DNA of 64,000 bases from positions 17,909-81,908 of the forward strand of contig JAJCXZ010000059.1 of NCBI GenBank assembly GCA_029263175.1, in the 5' to 3' direction. This document shows positions 53,887 through 62,308 of the stretch, piece by piece. The position numbers and the translations under genes were made by a program. Position 1 is the stretch's first letter, and each line of letters begins with the position of its first letter. The DNA comes from Acidimicrobiales bacterium (lineage in GTDB: Bacteria > Actinomycetota > Acidimicrobiia > Acidimicrobiales > Aldehydirespiratoraceae). The notes below the pieces were generated by a model. It saw only the letters and a list, made by a program, of their open reading frames with translations, had not been told where the DNA came from and did no database searches.

Positions 53887-54609
53887 TCAGAAGGAGACAC
53901 CGGCGAGGGCCACGAGCCCTGCGCCGTGGAGAAGAACGCCGATCATGACGAGGGTGTGCCACGTCTCGTGGTAACCGAACACACCAGGCCACAGGTTGCC
54001 GGCCTTGTGGTGCAGCAGCACGCCGCCGACGGAATAGGCGGCACCGCCGAGGAGAACGAGCGCCAGAACGATGAGGCCACCGCCGAGCAGGAACGGTATC
54101 AGCAGCACCCCGGACCAGCCGAGCGCTCCGTAGAGCCAGCTACCGGCCGAGTTGAGTTCGCTGAGATTTCGCAGCTTGTGCCGGAAGCCCAGGATCGTGA
54201 TCAACCACACCACCGTGACAGCCGGCGCCGCCACCGATGCGGGCGCCGACAGCAGCCAGAACGCTGTCTGGGTGCCGGCAATGGCCACGAAGATCGTGCC
54301 GTGGTCGATCCGGCGGGCGAGATGCTTGGCCTCACTGGATGTGGTGTGGCAGTGGTAGACGGCGCTCGCCGTGAGCATCGCGACGATCGAGAACGTGAAG
54401 ACCGCCAGGGCAACGCTGCCGCGCCCATCTCGGGCGAGCAGGGTCAGCGCCACGCCCACCGCGAGCACGGGGGCGATGGAGATCTGATGAATGCGACCGC
54501 GTAGGCGCGGAACAGGAAGGCCGTCGATACCAAACCGTAGTGCTCGCAAGGACATACCAGCAGTCGGGTTGGCGGTACTTCTCCCGTAGTCCGACGTCCA
54601 TGCGACCAT
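53887..54609 (-). CDS. hemolysin III / PAQR-family membrane protein
   Basis: Track ORF 53887..54879 trimmed to ATG comp. 54607-54609, though the start is uncertain. It has 7 TM-like segments and conserved His contexts (RLRGRIHQ, RRIDHGTIF, HETWH). Confidence 0.75.
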   Translation of the reverse strand: MVAWTSDYGRSTANPTAGMSLRALRFGIDGLPVPRLRGRIHQISIAPVLAVGVALTLLARDGRGSVALAVFTFSIVAMLTASAVYHCHTTSSEAKHLARRIDHGTIFVAIAGTQTAFWLLSAPASVAAPAVTVVWLITILGFRHKLRNLSELNSAGSWLYGALGWSGVLLIPFLLGGGLIVLALVLLGGAAYSVGGVLLHHKAGNLWPGVFGYHETWHTLVMIGVLLHGAGLVALAGVSF

Positions 54610-54701
54610 GACGTATCCCTTCTGAATTGCTCTTCGGACGAAGCCAATGCCGCCTTGGTTCCAATGAGACATTCGGCCCAGAGACTTTCGACCCCCGTCA
54701 C

Positions 54702-54719
54702 CTCTCACTGATCTCTCAC
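54702..54719 (+). promoter_or_regulatory. two CTCTCAC direct repeats with 11-bp phasing (candidate OmpR-family binding site)
   Basis: CTCTCAC occurs at 54702-54708 and 54713-54719, 38-55 nt upstream of the response-regulator GTG. The inverted copy GTGAGAGG at 54743-54750 doubles as the RBS region. Confidence 0.35.
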
Positions 54720-54756
54720 CTTTCCGTGCCACGCTGTTGGCTGTGAGAGGTAGCCC

Positions 54757-55431
54757 GTGCCCCGGATCTTGATCGCCGAGGATGACCGTCGAACGCGCGA
54801 ATCGCTCGAGCGCGCCCTCACCATCGAGGGCTACGAGGTGATGGCCGTGAATGACGGGGCCGCGGCCCTCGACGTCCACGAATCGACACCGGTCGATCTT
54901 TTATTGCTCGATGTGTCGATGCCCAACGTCGACGGTCTGAGTGTCTGTCGCCGTCTGCGGGATCGAGGCGATGACACTCCGGTCTTGATGCTGACCGCCC
55001 GCCATGAAATCGACGACCGGGTTGCTGGACTCGATGCCGGCGCCGATGACTATCTCGTCAAGCCGTTCGCCCTGCCCGAGCTGTTGGCCCGCGTTCGTGC
55101 TCGACTGCGTTCGACCGGCGATGCCGACGAATCACTGACGCTCGCCGGCCTCCGGATCGATGTCGACGGCCGTCGCGCCGATGTACAGGGTCGCCCGATC
55201 GACCTCTCTCGCACCGAGTTCGACCTGCTGGAGATCCTCGTCCGAAACCGCGGCGTCGTGCTGAGCCGCGTCGCCCTCTACGACGCGGTGTGGGACGGCG
55301 AACTCGAACCCGAGTCCAAGACGCTCGACGTCTATGTCGGCTACCTCCGTAGGAAGCTCGAGTTCGATGGCAACCCCCGGCTGATCCACACCGTCCGCGG
55401 CGTGGGCTACGTCGCCCGGGAGAGCGAGTGA
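54757..55431 (+). CDS. OmpR-family response regulator
   Basis: Track ORF with a GTG start 6 nt after GAGAGG. It has a receiver domain (ILIAEDD...LLLLDVSMP) and a winged-helix C-terminus (VYVGYLRRKL...IHTVRGVGY). Confidence 0.9.
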   Translation: MPRILIAEDDRRTRESLERALTIEGYEVMAVNDGAAALDVHESTPVDLLLLDVSMPNVDGLSVCRRLRDRGDDTPVLMLTARHEIDDRVAGLDAGADDYLVKPFALPELLARVRARLRSTGDADESLTLAGLRIDVDGRRADVQGRPIDLSRTEFDLLEILVRNRGVVLSRVALYDAVWDGELEPESKTLDVYVGYLRRKLEFDGNPRLIHTVRGVGYVARESE

Positions 55432-55456
55432 TGGGCAGCGGGGCGAGAGACGACTC

Positions 55457-56791
55457 ATGACCCTTCGCGTTCGAATCGCCCTGCTGGTGGCTGCCGTGGT
55501 CACGGTGGTTGTGGCGGCCGTCGGAATCAGTGTTCACCGGTCGGCCGAGAGCGAGCTGGTCGAAGAGGTCGACCTCGAGCTGCTCGAGCGCGGCCGTGCT
55601 GTGCCGGGAGTCGGTCGCGGCATCCGGGGGGTTCCGCCCGTCGACGACCAGAGCGACTTCCAACGTGAGGTGGCTCCGCGTACCTACGCTCGGCTGTTGA
55701 GCAGCGACGGCGTCTTCCTGTTCAACCTCGGCAACGATTTCGACGCTCCAGTGTCCGACGAGATCCTGGCCGCCGCCGATGAAGGGCCCACGATCGGGAC
55801 CGGATCGATCGGCGACGATCGTGCTCGAGTGGTGACGATCGAGCTCGAGGGTCGCGGCTACGTCCAGATCGCCCGCTCGCTGGCGGAGATCGACCAGTCG
55901 CTGGCTGACCTTCGAAATCGCATTTTCATGATCGGCGTGCTGGCGGTGGCCGGCGCGGCGTTCGTGGCATTGCTGTTGGCAACCCGAACCGCTCGCCCGA
56001 TCATGCGACTCACTGCGGCTGCCGAGGCGGTTGCCACCACCGGGGACCTCGATCACCCCGTCGACGGCGCCGGCGGTGATGAGGTCGGTCGCCTCGCCTC
56101 CAGCTTCAATGCGATGTTGAGTGCCCTCTCGCTGTCGAAGCGACAACAACACCAATTGGTGATGGACGCCAGCCATGAACTCCGCACCCCATTGACGAGC
56201 CTGCGCACCAATGTCGACCTGCTGCGCGGTGGCGCCGAGATCCCCGCCGACGTCCGGGCCGCGATCCTGGGCGACATCGATGCTGAGCTCGGCGAGCTCA
56301 GCGATCTCGTGGCCGAGCTGGTCGACCTCGCCGCCGATGTGCGCACCGATGAAGAACTGAGCCTGGTGACGCTCGCCGAACTCACAGAGCCGGTGATCGA
56401 ACGTGCCCGCCGGCGTACCGGTCGCGAGATCACCCTGGTGACCGCGAACAATGCAGCCCTCGAGGCCCGCCCCGATGCCCTCAGTCGAGCCATCAGGAAC
56501 CTTGTCGACAATGCCGCGAAGTTCTCCCCGGAGGGATCGACGATCGGGGTCGAGATCGACGGCGGCTCGCTCACCGTCAATGATGCTGGACCCGGGATCG
56601 CGGCCGGTGAACGTGATCTCGTGTGGGAGCGCTTTCACCGGGTGGAGTCGACCCGCAGCCTCCCTGGTTCGGGCCTCGGCCTCGCCATCGTGCGTCAGGT
56701 CATCGATGCCCACCGGGGCGCGGTGACAATCGCCGATTCGCCGACCGGTGGCGCGGCGGTTGGCTTCTCGATTCCCACGATTGACGACTGA
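55457..56791 (+). CDS. sensor histidine kinase (TM-HAMP-HisKA-HATPase_c)
   Basis: Track ORF with H-box ASHELRTPLTSL and N/G boxes (DNAAKFSP, DAGPGI, GSGLGLAIV). Confidence 0.9.
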   Translation: MTLRVRIALLVAAVVTVVVAAVGISVHRSAESELVEEVDLELLERGRAVPGVGRGIRGVPPVDDQSDFQREVAPRTYARLLSSDGVFLFNLGNDFDAPVSDEILAAADEGPTIGTGSIGDDRARVVTIELEGRGYVQIARSLAEIDQSLADLRNRIFMIGVLAVAGAAFVALLLATRTARPIMRLTAAAEAVATTGDLDHPVDGAGGDEVGRLASSFNAMLSALSLSKRQQHQLVMDASHELRTPLTSLRTNVDLLRGGAEIPADVRAAILGDIDAELGELSDLVAELVDLAADVRTDEELSLVTLAELTEPVIERARRRTGREITLVTANNAALEARPDALSRAIRNLVDNAAKFSPEGSTIGVEIDGGSLTVNDAGPGIAAGERDLVWERFHRVESTRSLPGSGLGLAIVRQVIDAHRGAVTIADSPTGGAAVGFSIPTIDD

Positions 56792-56796
56792 CCTCA

Positions 56797-57899
56797 TCAT
56801 TTGATCCGTGCCCCATCGGGTCTGGTGACGTGCCAGGTCCCACCAGGGTCCCGCCACAGGCGATAGCCGGATTCCTTGATCTGGTTGTGCCGCCCACAGA
56901 GGGGTGCCCCGTTCCCGGGGTTGGTTCTCCCGCCCCTGCTGTGAGCCACGTTGTGGTCGATGTCGCACTGGCTCGTGGGTCGGTCACATCCTGGCCACAC
57001 GCAGTGGGTCGCTCCCAGCTGGACTGCCAGGCGGGCTGAGCCGGTGAACGCCCGAGCTTGGCCCTGGTCGATCACGACGCCGGCGGCGTCCACAACGACA
57101 CGCCGAAGCTTGTCGATGAAGACTCTCGCCGCCGCATCTCGTGGATTGACCGTGTGCCCATCGATGGTGCGACACAGGTAGTCGTCGATGTCGAGAGGCT
57201 CGACGTCGGCACCGAACATGAGCTTTGTCAGGTGTTCCAGGGTTTCGGCGGTCCACACGATGTTGTGCACGAACCCGACGGGAACGCAGGACTGGTCGTT
57301 GGCCGCGGCGTCTTGGAAGATCTGCCACAAGGCATCGGCGGCCTGTTGCTGGCGGGTGCGGGGAAGGTCGGCGCCCGAGGCATCGTCGCCGTGTTCCGCC
57401 CGAGCCTTCTCCCAGTCGCTCTCGAGTTCGGCAGAGACGTATCTGTCGAAGATCTCTCGCAGTGATAGCCCGGTGAGCGACCCGAACTCTGCGGTGAGGC
57501 GCCAGTCGCCTCTCACACCGACCTGGACCATCGAGGCGGATCGTCCTGCCTCGTTCGATGGCTCGGGTCCGTCCTCGTCGGCGAGCTGCTCGAAGCGCTG
57601 CATGGCCTTGTCGAAGTCTGCGTAGGACAGGCGATCCGCGTGCTTGAGGAACCATGCCTGGAACCCCGGCATCGCATCTCGCACTCTCGGGTTGGCGTGG
57701 GCTCGCCCGATCCGCCGCATCTGATCGACGCCGAGTTTGCCTGCCCGGAATCGATCGGCGACATCAGATCGATCTGTGCCGCCTCGACGAGCCGTTCGAC
57801 CTCGGCCAGCGCCTTGATGGCGTCGATCGCAGAGTCAGCGTCGACCGGCTCCGCTTCAGCTGAGATCAGGTCGAGCGCGGACGCATGCAGGGCCTCCAC
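56797..57899 (-). pseudogene. DUF222/HNH endonuclease (REP13E12-like), split by a frameshift near 57760-57768
   Basis: Track ORF 57513..57899 gives a sensible N-terminus (MEALHASALDLISAEAEPVD...LVEAAQIDL) and then degenerates. The -1 frame (ORF 56797..57720, open upstream to about 57830) carries the rest, including the HNH motif CDIDHNVAHSRGGRTNPGNGAPLCGRHN. Confidence 0.7.
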
Positions 57900-57919
57900 T
57901 CGACGATCTGTCTATGGTG

Positions 57920-57933
57920 CGAACATATGTTCG
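57920..57933. promoter_or_regulatory. LexA (SOS/Cheo-type) box CGAACATATGTTCG
   Basis: Perfect 14-bp palindrome 21 nt upstream of the DUF222-HNH start (57899), in a locally AT-richer stretch. Confidence 0.7.
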
Positions 57934-58141
57934 TATCATATCAACGGAGTGTGACAGGCTCGTCGGTGGCCCATGTCGGGCGACCCGCTCATATATGCCT
58001 GATTGATGATCGGGTTGGCGTTGCGGGTGCTCGTTGGCAGCCGAACGCTGACTTGGGGTTAGCGTGGTGGAGGAGGTGATGCGGTGTGGCCCGATCGGTG
58101 GCCTGCTCACCGGTCAGATGAAGATCATCAGGGAGCAGAGA

Positions 58142-58654
58142 ATGAGACGATTTCGGATCCTCTGTCCCTTGCTGGCGTTTGTGCTGCTGGGCGCAGCGTG
58201 CGGGGGCGATGAGGCGCTCTCCAAGGATGAGTACATCGCACAGGCCAACGCAATTTGCGAGGACTCCAACGCCCAGGTGGAAGCCATTGCCGCGGAATTC
58301 TTCGCCGACGTTCCCGAAGAACCCACGCCCGATGAGTTCGCCGAGCTGCCCGTAGGCGACTATGTCGACCAGTACACCGACGTCTTCGAGAGCCAGCTTG
58401 CCGACCTGCGGGACCTCGCGGCCCCTGAAGGAGACGAGGACCTCTTGGCGGCCCTCTATGACGACGTCGAGGCGAGGCTGCGTGCAGTCAACGCCTTGGT
58501 GGCCGAAGCCGAGGCAGGTGACCCGGTCGCCATCGAGCGCCTGACTTCACCCGAAGAGCTCACTCACGGCAGGTTGCGTGCGGCGTCGACGGCCTTTGAC
58601 GAGGTGGACGAGCGAGCAACCGAGTATGGCCTCACCGGGTGCAGCGGAGGGTAG
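58142..58654 (+). CDS. lipoprotein, unknown function
   Basis: Track ORF 58064..58654 trimmed to ATG 58142 (MRRFRILCPLLAFVLLGAACGG, with a lipobox). The mature part is acidic and helical. Confidence 0.7.
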   Translation: MRRFRILCPLLAFVLLGAACGGDEALSKDEYIAQANAICEDSNAQVEAIAAEFFADVPEEPTPDEFAELPVGDYVDQYTDVFESQLADLRDLAAPEGDEDLLAALYDDVEARLRAVNALVAEAEAGDPVAIERLTSPEELTHGRLRAASTAFDEVDERATEYGLTGCSGG

Positions 58655-58804
58655 TGAACCGCCCGGTGTTGCCTGTGCCTCGGCTCAGCGAAGGTCGAGT
58701 CGCATGAGGACGCGTGGGAAGCCGTTGAGTACCGACTCGGTGTCGGTGGCCTTCACAAACCCTGCGTTCTACGACCGCCATGGACCTTCGGTACAGTCGA
58801 CAGC

Positions 58805-59356
58805 ATGGGGCTCGACCGCGACAGCCACCGCCGTGTTCACGAGGCGTTCGCGGTTGGTGATCTCGAGGCCCTCCGGCGTGAGATCAGCGACCTCGGCGAC
58901 TTCCCCAACGTCGCCCCCGACGCCGCGATCGGCATGCCCCTCGTCTATGCGATCTACCACAGTCCGCTGGAGCTGGTGCGAGAACTCCTCGATGCAGGAG
59001 CGGATCCCAACCTCAGCGACGGCGATGGATTCCCGCCGCTGATCGCCGCCCTGACCGGTCTCGTTCCTGCCGCGGGCGCAAGCCCGCGCCACGATGTGCC
59101 AGAACTGCTGGAGATGTTGCTGAGCCGCGACGCCGACGTCGGGCAACGCGGAATGAACGACTTCACACCGCTACATCTCGCCGCCAGCATGGGCGATCTG
59201 GCACTGGTCGATTTGCTGCTGCGCCATGATGCCGACCCGAATCAGATCACGCGCATCGATGACATGGAGACCCCACTCGAACTGGCCGTGCGAGCAGGCA
59301 ACCGAGACGTCGCGGATCGGCTCGGACCGCTGACGACCCGACTCGACTGGGAATAA
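58805..59356 (+). CDS. ankyrin-repeat protein (ends at an in-frame TAA; ankyrin-like sequence continues to 59473)
   Basis: Track ORF with repeats such as PLVYAIYHSPLELVRELLDAGADPN and TPLHLAASMGDLALVDLLLRHDADPN. After TAA 59354-59356 the same frame reads AAHAGQREAVQRLITQEADL... for 38 codons. Confidence 0.75.
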   Translation: MGLDRDSHRRVHEAFAVGDLEALRREISDLGDFPNVAPDAAIGMPLVYAIYHSPLELVRELLDAGADPNLSDGDGFPPLIAALTGLVPAAGASPRHDVPELLEMLLSRDADVGQRGMNDFTPLHLAASMGDLALVDLLLRHDADPNQITRIDDMETPLELAVRAGNRDVADRLGPLTTRLDWE

Positions 59357-59517
59357 GCAGCCCACGCCGGCCAGCGAGAGGCGGTCCAGCGGTTGATCAC
59401 GCAAGAGGCGGACCTCGCTGAGGAGGCCGGTGCCTCGCGGCTGGCGGCCTACATCCGCCACGAGCCGCGCTAGTTCGTCACAGCTGCTTCACAGCCTCCT
59501 GTCCGGCAACGCGCGAC

Positions 59518-59545
59518 GATGCCGGAGCCCGAAGGCCCCGGCATC
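59518..59545. terminator. GC-rich hairpin between convergent genes (terminator-like)
   Basis: The sequence gatgccggagcc-cgaa-ggccccggcatc forms 11 of 12 paired positions with a CGAA tetraloop. It lacks a clear U-tract. Confidence 0.45.
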
Positions 59546-59580
59546 GCTGGGGGGTATGTGTTGGTGGGGGATTCGGGGGA

Positions 59581-60192
59581 CTATGCGTCAGCGTCGTCAG
59601 CAGCCGGGGCGCCGCCGGGGCCGTGACCGGGCTCGAACTCGCCGTTGACGATGTCTTCGGCACGCTGCTCAGCGTTGGCGAGGATCTCGTCGGCCTGGTC
59701 CTGATCGATGCGACCGGACTCGAGTGCACCGGCGACACGCTCTTCGGCCTGGGCGACGAGTGCGTCGACAACGTCGTCGATCGACACGCCTTGCTCGGCG
59801 GCCAGGTCGGCGATCGTGCTGCCGTCCTGGATCGCATCGCGGATCTCGCTGCCTTCGAGGCCGAGCACGTCGGCGACTACGCCGGCGCCTCGGGGACCTT
59901 GACCATGCCGGCCTGGACCGTGGCCACGGCCGCCGTCTTCGGGGCGAGCCTCTTCGAGGGCGCCGACCACGGAATCGACCTGGGAGTCGGTCAACGTGCC
60001 GTCGTCGACGAGGGGCTGAAGTGCCTCGGTGATGCGCTCGCCGAACTCAGGACGAACCGTCTCGGTCTCTTCGACCGGCGAGGTGTCGTCCTGTGCTCCG
60101 GCGATGCCGGGGGCGAGGAGGGTTGCGCCGGCAGCGGCTCCACCGAGGGTGGAAGCTGCGATCAGGCTGGCGGTGAGCTTGGTGGTCTTCAT
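59581..60192 (-). CDS. secreted protein, unknown function
   Basis: Track ORF with a signal peptide (MKTTKLTASLIAASTLGGAAAGATLLAPGIAGAQD). The mature part is acidic and helical with internal repeats (DSQVDSVVGALEEA / IDDVVDALVAQAEE). Confidence 0.7.
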   Translation of the reverse strand: MKTTKLTASLIAASTLGGAAAGATLLAPGIAGAQDDTSPVEETETVRPEFGERITEALQPLVDDGTLTDSQVDSVVGALEEARPEDGGRGHGPGRHGQGPRGAGVVADVLGLEGSEIRDAIQDGSTIADLAAEQGVSIDDVVDALVAQAEERVAGALESGRIDQDQADEILANAEQRAEDIVNGEFEPGHGPGGAPAADDADA

Positions 60193-60286
60193 GGGAGTGT
60201 CTCCTTGGGAGGGTGGGGGGTTGCCTCTCTGGAATGAACTCTCGCAACCTGAAGTAAGAGCTTCGGAAGTCGACCCCGCTGATTCG

Positions 60287-60314
60287 GTGAGGGAGATGTG
60301 AGGGAAGTGTGAGG
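60287..60314 (-). promoter_or_regulatory. three GTGAGG(G) direct repeats with exact 11-bp phasing (minus-strand reading CCCTCAC)
   Basis: GTGAGG starts at 60287, 60298 and 60309. They sit in the divergent intergenic region between the secreted-protein gene (start 60192) and the aminotransferase gene (start 60351). The core CTCAC(C) and spacing match the repeats at 54702-54719. Confidence 0.4.
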
Positions 60315-60350
60315 CCTCCGGCCGTCGTGGGGCCGTTCTAGGATCGGCGG

Positions 60351-61523
60351 GTGACGCAGCAGCCCTTCCTCACCGACCGTCTCCAGGGATTCGGCACCAC
60401 GATCTTCGCGCAGATGTCGGCGCTGGCGGTGAAGACAGGCGCAGTGAACCTCGGCCAGGGCTTCCCGGATACGGATGGTCCGACTGAAGTCAGCGAGGCG
60501 GCGATCCAGGCGATCCGCGACGGCCACAACCAGTACCCGCCGGTGCCGGGTATACCGTCACTCCGGCAGGCCGTCAGCGAGCATCGAGCCCGGTTCCGGG
60601 GCCAACAGTTCGATCCTGATGGCGAAGTTCTCATCACCGCCGGCGCCACCGAGGCCCTGGCCGCGTCGATGCTGGCGCTCACCGGGCCCGGCGACGAGGT
60701 TGTCACCTTCGAGCCGTACTACGACGCCTACGCCGCCGCTATTGCCATGAGTGGTGCGCAACGTCGCGTCGTCACGCTGCGAGCGCCGGACTTCTCGTTC
60801 GATCCGGACGAGTTGGCTGCGGCGTTCACCAGCAACACCAGACTTCTTCTCCTCAACACACCACACAACCCGACCGGCAAGGTCTTCACTCGGGAGGAGC
60901 TCAGCCTGATCGCCGGGCTCTGCATCGACCACGACGTCGTTGCGGTGGTCGACGAGGTCTACGAGCATCTCGTCTTCGACGGCGAGCACATCCCTCTCGC
61001 GACGCTCCCGGGGATGGCTGAGCGCACGCTGACGATCTCGTCGGCCGGCAAGATCTTCTCGTTCACCGGCTGGAAGATCGGTTGGGCGTGCGGCCCGGAA
61101 CCGTTGGTCACGGCAGTGCGAACGGCGAAGCAGTTCCTCACCTTCGTGAACGGAGCACCCTTCCAGCACGCGGTGGCCGTGGGACTGCGGCTCGGCGACG
61201 GCTTCTTCGACGGGTACACCGCAGAGATGGCGGCCAAGCGCACACGGCTTTGCGATGGACTCGAAGTCGCTGGCTTCGACGTGCTTCGACCGCAGGGCAC
61301 CTACTTCGCCACGTGTGACATCACGTCGCTGGGCGGTACCGACGGCGTCGACTTCTGCCTCGCGCTCCCTGAGCGAGCCGGGGTGGTGGCCGTGCCGAGT
61401 CAGGTCTTCTACGACAACACCGACGCCGGCCGCCGACTGGTCCGGTTTGCGTTCTGCAAGAAGGATGAAGTGCTCGACGAAGCCATAGACCGACTCGCTG
61501 TCCTCGCCGAAGGGATGACATGA
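60351..61523 (+). CDS. class I/II PLP-dependent aminotransferase (YbdL/DapC-like)
   Basis: Track ORF with a GTG start. It has NLGQGFPD, NTPHNPTG and the PLP-lysine context SSAGKIFSFTGWKIGW. Confidence 0.9.
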   Translation: MTQQPFLTDRLQGFGTTIFAQMSALAVKTGAVNLGQGFPDTDGPTEVSEAAIQAIRDGHNQYPPVPGIPSLRQAVSEHRARFRGQQFDPDGEVLITAGATEALAASMLALTGPGDEVVTFEPYYDAYAAAIAMSGAQRRVVTLRAPDFSFDPDELAAAFTSNTRLLLLNTPHNPTGKVFTREELSLIAGLCIDHDVVAVVDEVYEHLVFDGEHIPLATLPGMAERTLTISSAGKIFSFTGWKIGWACGPEPLVTAVRTAKQFLTFVNGAPFQHAVAVGLRLGDGFFDGYTAEMAAKRTRLCDGLEVAGFDVLRPQGTYFATCDITSLGGTDGVDFCLALPERAGVVAVPSQVFYDNTDAGRRLVRFAFCKKDEVLDEAIDRLAVLAEGMT

Positions 61524-62275
61524 AGCTCGCCGCCATTCAGCACGACATCGTCTGGGAAAACCCTGTCGCCAACATGACGCGCCTCCGCCCCCTGATCGAG
61601 CAGGCCACCGACGACGGCGCTCGCCTTGTCGTCATCTCGGAGATGTGGTCGACGGGCTTCACGATGAACGCGGCCGGGATGGCCGAGCCCCCGGATGGGG
61701 CGACGCCGACGTTCATGCACGAGATGGCGGAGTCGACGGGTGCCTGGATCGCCGGCTCGTTCCCCGAACACACTGAAGGCTATGAGCGGCCGACCAATCG
61801 GCTTCTGATCGCCGGTCCCGGCGGCGAGGATCACCGCTATTCGAAGGTCCACCCCTTCTCCTACTCGGGCGAGGACCAGCACTATTCCGCCGGCCGCGAC
61901 GTACTCACTGTCGACATCGAGGGTGTTCGCGTCACCCCCACGATCTGTTTCGATCTCCGGTTCGCCGACCAGTACTGGGATGTCGCCGCCGACACCGACT
62001 GCTATCTGGTACCCGCCAATTGGCCCGCCACCCGCAGTGCCCACTGGACGTCGCTGTTGCGGGCGCGTGCCATCGAGAACCAGGCCTACGTCGTGGGCGT
62101 GAACCGCGTCGGGTCCGGCAACGGTCTCGACTACTCCGGCGACACTTGCGTCATCGACCCGATGGGCGAGATCACCGACGCAACACCGGGCGTCGAGATG
62201 ACGATCACCGCCGACATCGACCCGGCGGTTGTCGCCGACACCCGAGCTCGATTCCCGTTCATGCTCGACCGGTAG
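61520..62275 (+). CDS. carbon-nitrogen hydrolase (omega-amidase/YafV-like)
   Basis: Track ORF with an ATGA overlap onto the aminotransferase stop. The Glu-Lys-Cys triad contexts are VISEMW, YSKVHPF and ICFDLRF. Confidence 0.9.
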   Translation: MKLAAIQHDIVWENPVANMTRLRPLIEQATDDGARLVVISEMWSTGFTMNAAGMAEPPDGATPTFMHEMAESTGAWIAGSFPEHTEGYERPTNRLLIAGPGGEDHRYSKVHPFSYSGEDQHYSAGRDVLTVDIEGVRVTPTICFDLRFADQYWDVAADTDCYLVPANWPATRSAHWTSLLRARAIENQAYVVGVNRVGSGNGLDYSGDTCVIDPMGEITDATPGVEMTITADIDPAVVADTRARFPFMLDR

Positions 62276-62277
62276 CG

Positions 62278-62308
62278 GTTGAAACGGGGGTCTGACCCCC
62301 GTTTCAAC
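62278..62308. terminator. perfect 13-bp-stem hairpin between convergent genes (bidirectional terminator candidate)
   Basis: The sequence is gttgaaacggggg-tctga-cccccgtttcaac. It starts 3 nt after the plus-gene stop and ends 1 nt before the minus-gene stop. It lacks a U-tract. Confidence 0.55.

Noticed and set aside
58685-58768. Short minus-strand open frame NAGFVKATDTESVLNGFPRVLMRLDLR that looks like the C-terminal end of an acetyltransferase-type protein (possible gene remnant)
   Set aside because: It is only 27 codons long, bounded by a stop upstream, with no start codon. The resemblance is impressionistic and cannot be supported without a database search.
59546-59580. G-rich runs (GGGGGG, GGGGG, GGGGG) downstream of the hairpin, considered as a G-quadruplex or, on the minus strand, a C-rich-loop sRNA
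   Set aside because: There are only three G-runs of 3 or more, so no canonical four-tract quadruplex can form. No complementary stems would present the C-tracts as loops. It is most simply a 3' untranslated region.
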